From: Syntrophaceae bacterium UBA4767
GTDB taxonomy: Bacteria > Desulfobacterota > Syntrophia > Syntrophales > UBA4767
Assembly: GCA_002403385.1 (NCBI GenBank)
Contig: DHHR01000067.1
Coordinates: 7,937 to 71,936, forward strand
Length of the DNA: 64,000 nucleotides
Direction of reading: 5' to 3'
Under the pieces are notes generated by a model that worked only from the letters and a program-made list of their open reading frames with translations, did not search any database and had not been told where the DNA came from. This document shows positions 9,140 through 21,585 of the stretch, one piece after another. Each line of letters begins with the position of its first letter. Position 1 is the stretch's first letter. A program made the translations under genes and the position numbers.

Positions 9140-9991
9140 TTAGTTCCGCTTATGCAAAGGCCAAGAACACACAAAGATACGATCGTCTTTTGAAATGATA
9201 AATCCATTTTTGGCCATGCAGAGTTGCTGGACATACACGGATAAAATATCAATAAATGTCTCCACCTGCATTTGTGTGCCGGCAACAAAAAAAGGGCTCT
9301 TAAAACGGAAATATTCCATCAGTTGCGGGAACTCATCCGCCTTAAACGTCAAGGCATTTTTATAATCTATGGATTGAATGTCACCGAACCACGGCTTTAA
9401 TAATGCGGCTCCGTTCTGGGAAGAAAACCGGCTAATTATTCTCTCCATGGGCAGGAAATCGTCTTGCATCATGCCTTCTCTGCGTAAAATCTCCTTTGCG
9501 GTTTGCACCAGTTCCTCCATGTTTCTCTCATCGTGAGTAATAACGATAAAATGCCCTTGAGGATGCAAGATGCGGGAAATTTCCGGAATTAGTTCAGGGA
9601 AAAAATACAGGGCATAACTGCACAAAACAAGATCAAAAGAATCATCCGGAAACTTTTTGACAAAAGAACCCCCCGAAGCTTCAAATCGTCCTTTTATTCC
9701 GGCCTTTTTACAGGCATCCAGAAACGGGGCCTCATATGCTTCAACAATGTCCAGCCCCAAGATTTCTGCCTCCGGATGTACTCTGCCTTTCAGTGCTTCT
9801 GGGAAAAACCCGAATCCACAACCCAGATCGAGGATATTTCTGCATGCCTTCAAGGATAGCCCAGCCAGAGCAATTTGCCGTATATCGTCGGGATTGCTTG
9901 AATGCTTTTTTATCAGATCCGCTGTTAATTGATGGGCAATAACATCAAAAAAGACCTTGGCAACTTCAGGCTTGTTGACATCTTCCCGCAT
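9140..9991 (-). CDS. class I SAM-dependent methyltransferase
   Basis: 283 aa with motif I ILDLGCGFG and a later acidic loop. Lies 2 nt upstream of the NUDIX gene. Confidence 0.8.
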   Translation of the reverse strand: MREDVNKPEVAKVFFDVIAHQLTADLIKKHSSNPDDIRQIALAGLSLKACRNILDLGCGFGFFPEALKGRVHPEAEILGLDIVEAYEAPFLDACKKAGIKGRFEASGGSFVKKFPDDSFDLVLCSYALYFFPELIPEISRILHPQGHFIVITHDERNMEELVQTAKEILRREGMMQDDFLPMERIISRFSSQNGAALLKPWFGDIQSIDYKNALTFKADEFPQLMEYFRFKSPFFVAGTQMQVETFIDILSVYVQQLCMAKNGFIISKDDRIFVCSWPLHKRN

Positions 9992-10005
9992 GAAAGCCTC
10001 TATTG

Positions 10006-11103
10006 TCAGACAAAAATCGTCCTTCTGCCGTTGTACCTTTCCGTATCATACTGGGTTCTTACATCCAGCATCTTGATGCGGCCAAGAACCGTTTCAATCG
10101 GGACGGCCGTAACTTCTCCGTTTAAATAGCTTACCATCTTACCAAACTCCCCCTTGGCAATGAGATCAACGGCAGCGATGCCAAAATATCGTCCCATACG
10201 ACGATCGAACGCACAGGGCGCGCCCCCTCTCTGAAGATGACTCAAAACCACACAGCGCGTTTCAATGCCGGTGCCCAGTTCCACCTCCCCCGCTAAAAAG
10301 TCACCGATGCCTCCCAGGGTAGCATGCCCAAAGCTGTCCTTCTCACCATGCCTGGTTACCTGCCCCCCTCCCTTCGGTTTGGCTCCTTCCGCAACAACAA
10401 CAATTTCGTAGCGGTTGCCTCTCTTGACGCCTTCCAAAAGAAGTTCATTGACGCTCGACACCTCGAAATCATACTCAGGAATCAGTATAATATAAGCCCC
10501 GCTTGCTTCCCCCCCCTCCAAAGCAAGCCAGCCGGTATTTCTTCCCATTGTCTCCACAATAAAGATTCTCTTGTGGGATCCGGCCGTCGTTCTCAAGCGG
10601 TCGATCTCTTCAGTAATGACCTGCACTGCCGATTCAAAACCCAAGGTGTAGTCCGTGCCATGCAGGTCCTTATCTATGGTTTTAGGAATACCGATAACCC
10701 TTACCCCCATAGTATGCAGTTTATAGGCCACTCCCAGGGTATCCTCTCCTCCTATAGCCACAAGGCAATCGATGGAAAGAGCTTTCAGATTTTGAAGAAG
10801 TTTCTGGCTGCGATCATTTTTAGGATCGAACGGATTGGTCCGCGATGTCGCCAGCATCGTCCCCCCATAGCGATCCCATGTACGCACGACATCTTGATCT
10901 AAAGGGGTAACATACTGTTTATTGATTTCGCCGGGCATAAAATCCTCCTCAACAAGCCCTCTCCAACCTTCTCGAATGCCTACAATCTCAAAGGTCATAC
11001 CCATACGATGAGCCTCGAGGGCTGTTTTGACTACCCATTTTATGGCGGCATTAATCCCTGCGCAATCTCCACCGCCGGATAGAATTCCTATTCTTGTTGC
11101 CAT
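10006..11103 (-). CDS. pfk: 6-phosphofructokinase, probably PPi-dependent
   Basis: Motifs GILSGGGDCAGINAAI, IGGEDTLG and IPKTIDKDLHGTDYTLGF. Start moved to the ATG at 11103 (GGGAGG 8 nt upstream) rather than the ORF-track start at 11154. Confidence 0.88.
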   Translation of the reverse strand: MATRIGILSGGGDCAGINAAIKWVVKTALEAHRMGMTFEIVGIREGWRGLVEEDFMPGEINKQYVTPLDQDVVRTWDRYGGTMLATSRTNPFDPKNDRSQKLLQNLKALSIDCLVAIGGEDTLGVAYKLHTMGVRVIGIPKTIDKDLHGTDYTLGFESAVQVITEEIDRLRTTAGSHKRIFIVETMGRNTGWLALEGGEASGAYIILIPEYDFEVSSVNELLLEGVKRGNRYEIVVVAEGAKPKGGGQVTRHGEKDSFGHATLGGIGDFLAGEVELGTGIETRCVVLSHLQRGGAPCAFDRRMGRYFGIAAVDLIAKGEFGKMVSYLNGEVTAVPIETVLGRIKMLDVRTQYDTERYNGRRTIFV

Positions 11104-11168
11104 TTGGTTCTTACCTCCCACACAAAAGCCTTTCCGAAAAAAGAAAATCTTCAAATGTTGCTACAGCG

Positions 11169-13682
11169 CTAAAGCTGGTCATCTTTTGGAAGTCCAGAGA
11201 ACAGGTCGTCCTCGTCCCCCTCTTCCGGCAGCAAGTCCTCTTTTCCCTCTGCTTCCCTTTCCGCACGGGCCAATCCCACTAATTTTTCCTCAGTATCCAG
11301 ATCAATCAACTTGACCCCTTGGGTTGCCCGATGAATAAGGGGGATTTCCTCCACGCGCAGCCTGATGATCTTCCCCGCATCGCTAATCAGAACAATGTCT
11401 TCATTCCCCGCAACCTGGCAAATTCCAGAAACAAAACCCACTTTAGACACCATTGTTTTAAGATTGATAGTGCCTTTGCCCCCACGGGTTTGCACACGGT
11501 ATTCCTCTACCGCTGTTCGCTTGCCGAAGCCCCTTTCCGAAATCGTCACAAGGGAATTCCCCTCGTGAAGAACTTCCACCCCAACAACCTTGTCATCGGG
11601 ACCCATCGTAATCCCCCGGACTCCTCTCGCCGTTCGGCCAACCTCCCTGACATCTACCTCTCGAAAGCGGATGGCCTTCCCCTTTCTTGTTCCCAGGAAG
11701 ATGTCCTGGTTTCCCATGGTCAACTGGACGTCAATGAGCTCGTCCCCTTCATCAATGGAAATGGCAATTATTCCCATTGCCCGAGGGTTGGAATACGCCG
11801 ATAGTTTCGTCTTTTTTACAATGCCCCGCCTGGTTACCATAACTACGAATTTCCCATCCGCAAAACTCCTCACAGGCAACACGGCAGCCACCCTTTCACC
11901 TGCCGACATGTTAATCAAATTAACAATGGCTTTCCCCCTCGCTGCCCTGCCCGCTTGTGGGATCTGATAAACTTTCAGCCAGTAAACCCGCCCCTGGTTC
12001 GTGAAAACCAGCACATAATGATGGGTGGAGGCAATGAAGATCTTCTCGACAAAATCTTCTTCCCTGGTGGCCATTCCCATCTTGCCGCGGCCACCTCTAT
12101 GCTGGCTTCGATACAGGCTGACGGGATTCCTCTTGATGTAGCCGGAATGGGACACCGTGACCATCATATCCTCTTCTACGATCATATCTTCTATATTTAT
12201 ATCCCCCGAGTCGACCACAATTTCCGTCCTTCGCTCATCGCCATAGAGCTTCTTTATCTCCTCAAGCTCATTTACAACAACCTCCGCCACCTTCAGGGGA
12301 TCATCGAGAATCCCCTGCAACTGGAGGATCAGCTTCGCCAAATCTCCATGTTCTTCATCAATTTTGGTCCGTTCCAAACCGGTCAGACGTTGCAGGCGCA
12401 TCTCCAGGATCGCCTTCGCCTGCGCTTCGGTTAAACCGAAGTTTCCACATAAAGCGTCAGAGGCTTCCTGGGGGGTCCGGGAAGCTTTTATCAGGGCAAT
12501 CACGGCATCAATGTGGTCAAGGGCAATAATCAGACCTTCGAGGATATGGATTCTCTCTCTTGCTCTGGCCAGCTCGAAGCTCGTCCGACGTACGACAACC
12601 TGCTTCCGGAAGCCGATAAAGCTCTGTAGAATTTCCTTAAGATTGAATACCCGCGGCTGTCCATTTTCAATGGCCAGCATGATAATGCCAAAAGAGACTT
12701 CCATTTGGGTATGTTTGTAAAGTTGATTCAGGATTACGCCGGAAGCCTCATCACGTTTTAAATCCAGCGCTATACGTATACCTTCCCTGTCTGATTCATC
12801 CCTTAAATCGGCAATACCTGATATTTTTTTCTCCTTAACAAGTTCAGAAATTTTTTCGATTAGATTTGCCTTATTCACTTGATACGGCAATTCCGTAATT
12901 ATGATGCTTTCTCTTCCGCTTAGCTGATTGTGCTCAAACAAAGCCCGCGCCCGTAGTCGGATAATGCCGCGACCCGTCTTATAAGCGGAAATGATTCCTT
13001 CCCGCCCATTGATAAATCCAGCCGTCGGAAAATCAGGTCCTTGCACATATTGCATCAGTCCTTCAATGGTGATGTCCTGATCGCGAACCAACGCGATGGT
13101 CCCCGCCAGCAATTCCCGAAGATTGTGAGGAGGAATGTTGGTCGCCACACCCACAGCAATGCCGGAAGAGCCGTTAAGCAGGATCATGGGTGCGCGGGAC
13201 GGCAGCACGGTCGGCTCATAAAGGGATTCATCGTAGTTCGGCACAAAATCAACGGTTTCCTTCTCCAGATCAACCAGCAACTCTTCAGAAATGCGGGCCA
13301 TTCTGACCTCTGTGTACCTCATGGCCGCCGGCGGATCGCCGTCAATGGATCCGAAGTTTCCCTGCCCGTCAATAAGCGGATACCGCATGGAAAAATCCTG
13401 CGCCATGCGGACAATGGCATCATAGGCGGCGGCATCCCCGTGGGGGTGATACTTACCGATAATGTCCCCCACGATCCTGGCGGACTTTTTATACGGCTTG
13501 TTCCAGCGGTTGCCCATTTCATGCATGGCAAAAAGAACGCGGCGGTGCACCGGCTTGAGGCCATCCCGGACATCCGGTATCGCCCGACCGATGATGACAC
13601 TCATGGCGTAATCCATATAGGATTTCTTCATCTCGTCTTCGATATTAACAGGTATATTTTTTTGAAAAAGTTGTTGTTCCAT
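11169..13682 (-). CDS. gyrA: DNA gyrase subunit A
   Basis: 837 aa. [18 protein letters not shown] and AAMRYTE active-site region, with an acidic C-terminal tail. Confidence 0.97.
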   Translation of the reverse strand: MEQQLFQKNIPVNIEDEMKKSYMDYAMSVIIGRAIPDVRDGLKPVHRRVLFAMHEMGNRWNKPYKKSARIVGDIIGKYHPHGDAAAYDAIVRMAQDFSMRYPLIDGQGNFGSIDGDPPAAMRYTEVRMARISEELLVDLEKETVDFVPNYDESLYEPTVLPSRAPMILLNGSSGIAVGVATNIPPHNLRELLAGTIALVRDQDITIEGLMQYVQGPDFPTAGFINGREGIISAYKTGRGIIRLRARALFEHNQLSGRESIIITELPYQVNKANLIEKISELVKEKKISGIADLRDESDREGIRIALDLKRDEASGVILNQLYKHTQMEVSFGIIMLAIENGQPRVFNLKEILQSFIGFRKQVVVRRTSFELARARERIHILEGLIIALDHIDAVIALIKASRTPQEASDALCGNFGLTEAQAKAILEMRLQRLTGLERTKIDEEHGDLAKLILQLQGILDDPLKVAEVVVNELEEIKKLYGDERRTEIVVDSGDINIEDMIVEEDMMVTVSHSGYIKRNPVSLYRSQHRGGRGKMGMATREEDFVEKIFIASTHHYVLVFTNQGRVYWLKVYQIPQAGRAARGKAIVNLINMSAGERVAAVLPVRSFADGKFVVMVTRRGIVKKTKLSAYSNPRAMGIIAISIDEGDELIDVQLTMGNQDIFLGTRKGKAIRFREVDVREVGRTARGVRGITMGPDDKVVGVEVLHEGNSLVTISERGFGKRTAVEEYRVQTRGGKGTINLKTMVSKVGFVSGICQVAGNEDIVLISDAGKIIRLRVEEIPLIHRATQGVKLIDLDTEEKLVGLARAEREAEGKEDLLPEEGDEDDLFSGLPKDDQL

Positions 13683-13763
13683 ACGCTCCCCAAACAGAAA
13701 ACAAGGGGTAAATATCCATGATTAATGCCGCCCCTTGTTCATTCCAGCTTCTTATGGCATCCT

Positions 13764-16202
<2,439 letters not shown>

Positions 16203-16220
16203 CTAAAAAAATTATTAACT

Positions 16221-17336
16221 TTATATCTTAAGGGGCATTACAATGCATATATACTGCTCGTTGTCTTTGGCTCTGATCAATGCGGGCCTCATCCCCTCGC
16301 TAACCTCAAAAAGCACTTCCTCCTGTGTTATCACCTCCACCGCATCCATAAGATAATTCACATTATACCCCACTTCCATTTCTTTCCCCTGATAAGAAAC
16401 AGCTATTTCATCGCTGGCTTTTCCGACATCGGGATTTACTGAGCTTAAACCCATTTTATTCTCCGACAATTTCACAACCACCCCATTGTATTTATCAGAT
16501 GAAACAACTTTCATCCTTTTTAAGGCGTGTAAAAAATCGTCTCTACGAAATTGAATGATATTTTCTCCGGTAGGCGGTATAACCTTTCGATACTCAGGAT
16601 ATTCTCCATCAATCAAACTTACCTTGAGGGTTGTGTCGCTTGTTTTTAAAACACATATCCCCTTTTGAATAGCCATAAGAATATCTTCACCTTCATCCTC
16701 GGCAAGCCTTCTGATCTCCTGAAGACCTTTTCTCGGAATAATAACTCCCTTCTCTAGTTCAAAAAAATCACCTTCCATCTCTACGCGAGCCATCGCCAGA
16801 CGATGTCCATCCGTAGCAGTCATACTAACCATACACGCTGGTCCTTCTTTTTTTGTCTCCAAAAACCCGCCATTTAAATTTCTCCGTAACTCATCTGTAG
16901 AAACAGCAAAAAAAGTTTTCCTGATTAATTCCTGTAAAGCGCTCCCCTTGCTCCTGAACATGGGAATCTCTTCCCCATTAAAAATACCGGGAAATTCGTC
17001 TGCCGGAACACCAGGAATCTCATAAACAACCTTTTGAGAAACAACCGTAACGATATTTGTTTCACTTTTTCTTAAGTGAATCGTCTCCCCCTGCGTTTCC
17101 TTTATCATCTCATATAATCTCTTCGCAGAAATGGTAATATCACCTTCCGAAACCACTTGTGCGACACAGCTTGTAACAATACCAATTTCCCTGTCCGTAG
17201 CCGCTATTTCCATTTTTCCATCTCGCACTCGGACAAGAATATTATTGAGAATAGGCATAGTTGTTTTCTTTTCAACAATTCCCAATGTTTTTTGAATACC
17301 AAGCAGCATTCTGTTTCGCTCAATATGACATTCCAT
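16221..17336 (-). CDS. dnaN: DNA polymerase III beta sliding clamp
   Basis: 371 aa between dnaA and gyrB. C-terminal end MPLKI is typical of the beta clamp. Confidence 0.93.
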   Translation of the reverse strand: MECHIERNRMLLGIQKTLGIVEKKTTMPILNNILVRVRDGKMEIAATDREIGIVTSCVAQVVSEGDITISAKRLYEMIKETQGETIHLRKSETNIVTVVSQKVVYEIPGVPADEFPGIFNGEEIPMFRSKGSALQELIRKTFFAVSTDELRRNLNGGFLETKKEGPACMVSMTATDGHRLAMARVEMEGDFFELEKGVIIPRKGLQEIRRLAEDEGEDILMAIQKGICVLKTSDTTLKVSLIDGEYPEYRKVIPPTGENIIQFRRDDFLHALKRMKVVSSDKYNGVVVKLSENKMGLSSVNPDVGKASDEIAVSYQGKEMEVGYNVNYLMDAVEVITQEEVLFEVSEGMRPALIRAKDNEQYICIVMPLKI

Positions 17337-17582
17337 TATCTACCCCCATCCTTATCTTTATGACTAAAACCTATCCTTTAACTTACAACCACATTTGACA
17401 AAACCAGCCTTTTTACGAATCCATCACATTTATTATATCTAAATATCTAAGTAATATTCTTTTTAAATAAAAGAACTAATATTAGTACTAGATCGCGTGT
17501 ATAAAGTTTATAACCATAATTAATTAACAATTACCTATTTATAACATGACAATCCTTGTTGATAATCCTTTATAATATTTTG
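17337..17582. other. candidate oriC / DNA-unwinding region (dnaA-dnaN intergenic)
   Basis: 246-bp non-coding spacer. It is extremely AT-rich from about 17430 to 17580. Contains TGTTGATAA (17557-17565, 1 mismatch to TGTGGATAA) and CGTGTATAA (17496-17504, 2 mismatches). Confidence 0.45.
17557..17565. promoter_or_regulatory. DnaA-box-like 9-mer TGTTGATAA
   Basis: One mismatch to the TGTGGATAA consensus. The same 9-mer, in a similar context (CCTTGTTGATAATCC here, CCTGTTGATAACC there), recurs at 18977-18985. Confidence 0.35.
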
Positions 17583-18941
17583 TTAACTCCTGTGAAGTAA
17601 AGTATCTTTAATTTTTTCAATAAACTCTCTTGTTTTTTTATCCAATTCAATAACCTTTTTTATCTTTTGATTTGCGTATATAACCGTTGAATGATCTCTT
17701 CCCCCAATTTTTTCCCCAATGTCTGGGTAAGAAGCAGTGGTAAGTTCTCTGGACAAATACATCGCGACCTGTCTAGCTAACGCAATATTCTTACTCTTTT
17801 TATGTGATTTTATATCGCTTATTTTAACATTAAACTTTCCACACACAGATTTAACAATTTCTTCTATTGTCAGCTCCTCTTTATCATTTTGCTTTAATAT
17901 TTTTTTTAATACTTCCTTAGCCAGAGACATATCTATTTCCCTATTGGTAACAGAAGCATAAGCGCTTATCCGGACAAGAAAACCTTCGAGCTCACGAATA
18001 TTTGATTCAGCCTGCTGGGCAATGAAATATGCAACGTTATCAGGTAAGATAATATTGTTTTCCTGACTTTTTTTCTCGACAATAGCGACCCTCGTTTCTA
18101 TTTCAGGAGGTTGTATATCAGCGATTAATCCCCACTCAAAGCGTGAGCACAATCGTTTTTCTAGATTTGGTATATCTCTAGGGAATTTATCACTTGTGAC
18201 AACAATCTGTCTGCCAGAATCATGCAACGCATTAAATGTATGGAAGAATTCTTCTTGAGTCCTTTCCTTTCCGGCAATAAACTGAATATCATCAATTAAC
18301 AAACACCAGATATTTCTGTACTTTTCACGGAAATTCGGCATTTTGTCGTATCTTATGGAATTGATCAGCTCATTAACGAACTCTTCTGCCGATACATACA
18401 CAATATTCATCTCTGGATATAAAGAAAGGCTACGAATACCAATAGCATTCAATAAATGAGTTTTTCCCAAACCAACCCCTCCATATATAAACAGAGGGTT
18501 ATAATTTTTAGCTGGCTGCTCAGCGGCAGCTATAGCTGCCGCATGGGCGAATTGATTGCTTGCCCCAATGACAAAACGCTCAAAAGTATAATTATGGTTG
18601 AGGGAAGAGGATGTACAGGACCTCACAGCTTTTTGGGGTGTGATAACGGTTTTCGTTTCCCTTTGATTGTGGACAGCAGGAGAATCATTTTTACTGTTAT
18701 GATTACTCTGAACAGTGAAATCTATCTGAAAATCCACTCCAGAAGCAGAGTTAAGAGCTTTCTTAATGATAGCACCGTAATTTTCTAACAGCCAGTCCTT
18801 AAAAAATTTATTGGGTACGGCCAAACATATATTCTGGCCTTCCATAGAGACGATACTAATGGGTTTTATCCATGTTTCAAAATTCTGCGGACTAACGTTT
18901 TCTTTAATAATCCTAACTGTTTTTTCCCAGACTGCTTGCAC
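17583..18941 (-). CDS. dnaA: chromosomal replication initiator DnaA
   Basis: 452 aa with a GTG start. Walker A GGVGLGKTHLL. C-terminal DNA-binding region GGRDHSTVIYA. Confidence 0.97.
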   Translation of the reverse strand: MQAVWEKTVRIIKENVSPQNFETWIKPISIVSMEGQNICLAVPNKFFKDWLLENYGAIIKKALNSASGVDFQIDFTVQSNHNSKNDSPAVHNQRETKTVITPQKAVRSCTSSSLNHNYTFERFVIGASNQFAHAAAIAAAEQPAKNYNPLFIYGGVGLGKTHLLNAIGIRSLSLYPEMNIVYVSAEEFVNELINSIRYDKMPNFREKYRNIWCLLIDDIQFIAGKERTQEEFFHTFNALHDSGRQIVVTSDKFPRDIPNLEKRLCSRFEWGLIADIQPPEIETRVAIVEKKSQENNIILPDNVAYFIAQQAESNIRELEGFLVRISAYASVTNREIDMSLAKEVLKKILKQNDKEELTIEEIVKSVCGKFNVKISDIKSHKKSKNIALARQVAMYLSRELTTASYPDIGEKIGGRDHSTVIYANQKIKKVIELDKKTREFIEKIKDTLLHRS

Positions 18942-18976
18942 GAGGGCAACACCTTATTAACAGCTTTGTAAACACC

Positions 18977-18985
18977 TGTTGATAA
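18977..18985. promoter_or_regulatory. DnaA-box-like 9-mer TGTTGATAA upstream of dnaA
   Basis: One mismatch to consensus. TTATTAACA (18954-18962, 2 mismatches) lies nearby in the 111-bp parB-dnaA spacer. Confidence 0.35.
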
Positions 18986-19052
18986 CCAATTGATGACCAA
19001 GAAATTTAAATCTGATTACTTTCTTTGTTTGCGTGAAAACAAACAATATATC

Positions 19053-19916
19053 TCAATCCATTTTAATATCCATGAGCATAGACACCAAACGGTGAAAATC
19101 TTCTTTTGTGGAGAATCTTATATTTATGGAGCCCTTGTTGTTTCCATGTATGATATGAACTTCCGTCATCAATACGGCAGATAAACTTCTTTCTAGATCA
19201 GTGGTATAAACATCATTCTTCTTCTTCTTCTTATCTTTTTTAATAGAAAAACTCTTTTTCTTGTGGATTAGCGCTTCTGTTTCTCTTACACTTAAGTTTT
19301 TTTCGATGATGAGCTTCAGCAGATGCTCCTGCTCTTCCGGAGACTCCAGAGAAAGAAGAGCCCTTGCATGTCCACTGGATATTTTTTTCTCAATAATGGC
19401 ATTTTTTGCCATATCCGAAAGCTTCAATAAGCGGATCGTATTGGCAATGGTTGAGCGATCTTTTCCGACATTTGCGGAAATCTCATCCTGCGAAAGACCA
19501 AACTTACTGCTTAGCGTTGCGTATGCGTGCGCTTCCTCTATGGGATTTAAATTTTCTCTTTGGATGTTTTCGATCAGCGATAATTCTACGACGGCTAAAT
19601 CCTCAACATCTCTAATAATAATAGGCACTTCCTTGAATCCTGCCGCTTGTGCCGCCCGCCACCTTCGTTCTCCAGCAATAATTTCGTAACCAGTGCCAAA
19701 CTTTCTTACAATGATAGGTTGAATGATGCCACTTTTTTTTATGGATGCAACCAGCCGTTTTTGATCCTGAAGATTAAAATCCTTTCTCGGCTGATACCGG
19801 TTCGGTACAAGTTCTTCAATTCCACACAAAACAAAAGAAGGTTTTTGCGTCACATCATCCAGGAGATCGGAAAAGATAGCGCCCAAGCCTTTACCAAGGG
19901 AATTTTTGGGCGGCAT
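19053..19916 (-). CDS. parB: chromosome partitioning protein ParB
   Basis: 287 aa with the GERRWRAA motif and an HTH region. Immediately follows parA. Confidence 0.93.
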   Translation of the reverse strand: MPPKNSLGKGLGAIFSDLLDDVTQKPSFVLCGIEELVPNRYQPRKDFNLQDQKRLVASIKKSGIIQPIIVRKFGTGYEIIAGERRWRAAQAAGFKEVPIIIRDVEDLAVVELSLIENIQRENLNPIEEAHAYATLSSKFGLSQDEISANVGKDRSTIANTIRLLKLSDMAKNAIIEKKISSGHARALLSLESPEEQEHLLKLIIEKNLSVRETEALIHKKKSFSIKKDKKKKKNDVYTTDLERSLSAVLMTEVHIIHGNNKGSINIRFSTKEDFHRLVSMLMDIKMD

Positions 19917-20702
19917 CTATATCCTCCCGTTCGTAAGAATCTCTTGTGCAAGGTTCATATAAGCCATTGCTCCGCGCGACTTTATGTCATAGAGAATAAT
20001 CGGCAACCCATGACTTGGGCTTTCCGAGAGCCTAACGTTTCTGGGGATAATGGTGTTAAAAACCTTATTCCCAAAATGTTTTTTTATTTCCTCCGTTACT
20101 CTGTGGGACAGCAGATTTCTCGAGTCGAACATGGTAAGCAGAATTCCCCCCAACGAAAGAGTGGGATTCAATCTGGCCTTAACCAGTTTGACGGTGTTGA
20201 GAAGATGCCCCAGACCTTCCATCGCGAAATACTCGCATTGAAGGGGAACGATGAGAAAATCGGCTGCCACCAGAGCGTTTACCGTCAGAAACCCCAAAGC
20301 TGGAGGGCAATCAATAATAACAAAGTCATATGAGATATCAAGCTGTTTTATGAGATTTTTTAGTCTTTTTTCTCGATTCTCAAGATGGATAAATTCAACC
20401 TCTATCCCGATCAGATTTTGGTCGGCTGGAACCATGTTCAGGTGTGTAATTTGCGTATCTACGATCATATCCTTTAAAGGAGCCTGATCACTGAGCGCGA
20501 GATACAGGTTTTGCTTTGCAATCACATCCTTACCGATCCCCAATCCGCTGCTGGCATTACCCTGAGAATCACAATCGATAATAAGGGTTTTTTTTTCAGC
20601 CACGGCCAGAGAGGCTGATAAATTGATTGCCGTTGTTGTTTTCCCGACCCCTCCTTTTTGATTGGCTATACATATGATTTTACACATAAATCCGTATGGC
20701 AT
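19917..20702 (-). CDS. parA: chromosome partitioning ATPase ParA/Soj
   Basis: 261 aa with the deviant Walker A NQKGGVGKTTT. The start could instead be the internal Met 5 codons downstream. Confidence 0.93.
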   Translation of the reverse strand: MPYGFMCKIICIANQKGGVGKTTTAINLSASLAVAEKKTLIIDCDSQGNASSGLGIGKDVIAKQNLYLALSDQAPLKDMIVDTQITHLNMVPADQNLIGIEVEFIHLENREKRLKNLIKQLDISYDFVIIDCPPALGFLTVNALVAADFLIVPLQCEYFAMEGLGHLLNTVKLVKARLNPTLSLGGILLTMFDSRNLLSHRVTEEIKKHFGNKVFNTIIPRNVRLSESPSHGLPIILYDIKSRGAMAYMNLAQEILTNGRI

Positions 20703-20788
20703 TTTTATGTATTTATATTAACGCTCCGGTGTGGAACCTACCATAAAAAGTCCTTTTTTTGAAGGGGTATTTCTTCCAAAAGCCAGAA

Positions 20789-21475
20789 TCACCCAACTTT
20801 TTGATATACCATGATTTTTCTTGGAATCCCTGTTAGGGGCAAATGAATATCATAGCAATCTAAAAAGGCAAGCCCCCATTGATCCAATGGCAATTGGGCA
20901 GCAAGCCTTTCTTCCTCAATATTGGGACCCTTCATGGCAATGAGAAGCCCATCTTTCACGACCAAGGTGCCGCCTGCCTGTATAAATCTGGGAAGTTTTA
21001 AGGTGGCGCGCGAAATGACCGTATCAAATAAAACGGGAGGCGGCTCTTCAAGCAGCTTTTCAAGGCGACGATGTATCACATGTATTTCCTGTAGGGCCAG
21101 GGTACGAATGACATGCTTGAGAAAGGAGACCTTCTTGCGAGAAGCTTCCAGCAATGAGACCTTAAGGGAGGGAACGGCAATTTTTATGGGAATCCCTGGA
21201 AATCCGGCTCCGGCTCCAATATCGAGCACATGGCAGCCTTTATTGGCTATAAAGGGAATCGGGGCCAGGGAGTCGAGAAAATGTTTGGCCCATATATCGT
21301 CAAGCGCTTTTGTTGAGAGGAGGCTCATTTTTTTGTTCCAGAAGATAAGCTCTTGATGGTAACGCTCAAAAAGAGAAAGCTCCCTTTTTCCCAAAGTAAG
21401 CCCTAATATTGAAGCGGCCTTAGATAATGTTTTGCAAGCGGGATTTTCCATGTGGCGTTGCGTAGCTCTCACCAA
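20789..21475 (-). CDS. rsmG: 16S rRNA (guanine527-N7)-methyltransferase RsmG
   Basis: 228 aa with SAM motif LDIGAGAGFPGIP, upstream of parA. The true start may be Met9 (MENPA...). Confidence 0.88.
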   Translation of the reverse strand: MVRATQRHMENPACKTLSKAASILGLTLGKRELSLFERYHQELIFWNKKMSLLSTKALDDIWAKHFLDSLAPIPFIANKGCHVLDIGAGAGFPGIPIKIAVPSLKVSLLEASRKKVSFLKHVIRTLALQEIHVIHRRLEKLLEEPPPVLFDTVISRATLKLPRFIQAGGTLVVKDGLLIAMKGPNIEEERLAAQLPLDQWGLAFLDCYDIHLPLTGIPRKIMVYQKVG

Positions 21476-21585
21476 ATTTTGTTTTGCTTCCTAGGGAAAT
21501 AACACGTATAAGAAATTCGCTTGGGCAAAAGAATATCAAAAAACATCCAGACAAGCAATAGGCAACGGGGGCAAAATAAGGTAAA

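Noticed and set aside
10006-11154. N-terminally extended ORF-track starts: pfk 11154, hldD 25893, mutB 48990, M55 34257, GRE 42872, thiolase-like 38846, pyrR 54658, ubiE 22433
   Set aside because: In each case an internal ATG with a good SD coincides with the conserved N-terminus of the family. The extensions overlap upstream genes or repeats. I used the shorter coordinates.
13041-13721. 226-aa plus-strand ORF inside gyrA
   Set aside because: It is entirely antisense to a highly conserved gyrA coding region. The composition is low-complexity and Arg/His/Gly-rich, typical of shadow ORFs, and there is no SD.
19216-19232. (TTC)n microsatellite-like run
   Set aside because: It lies inside parB and simply encodes the lysine-rich linker KKDKKKKKND. 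It is not an independent repeat feature.
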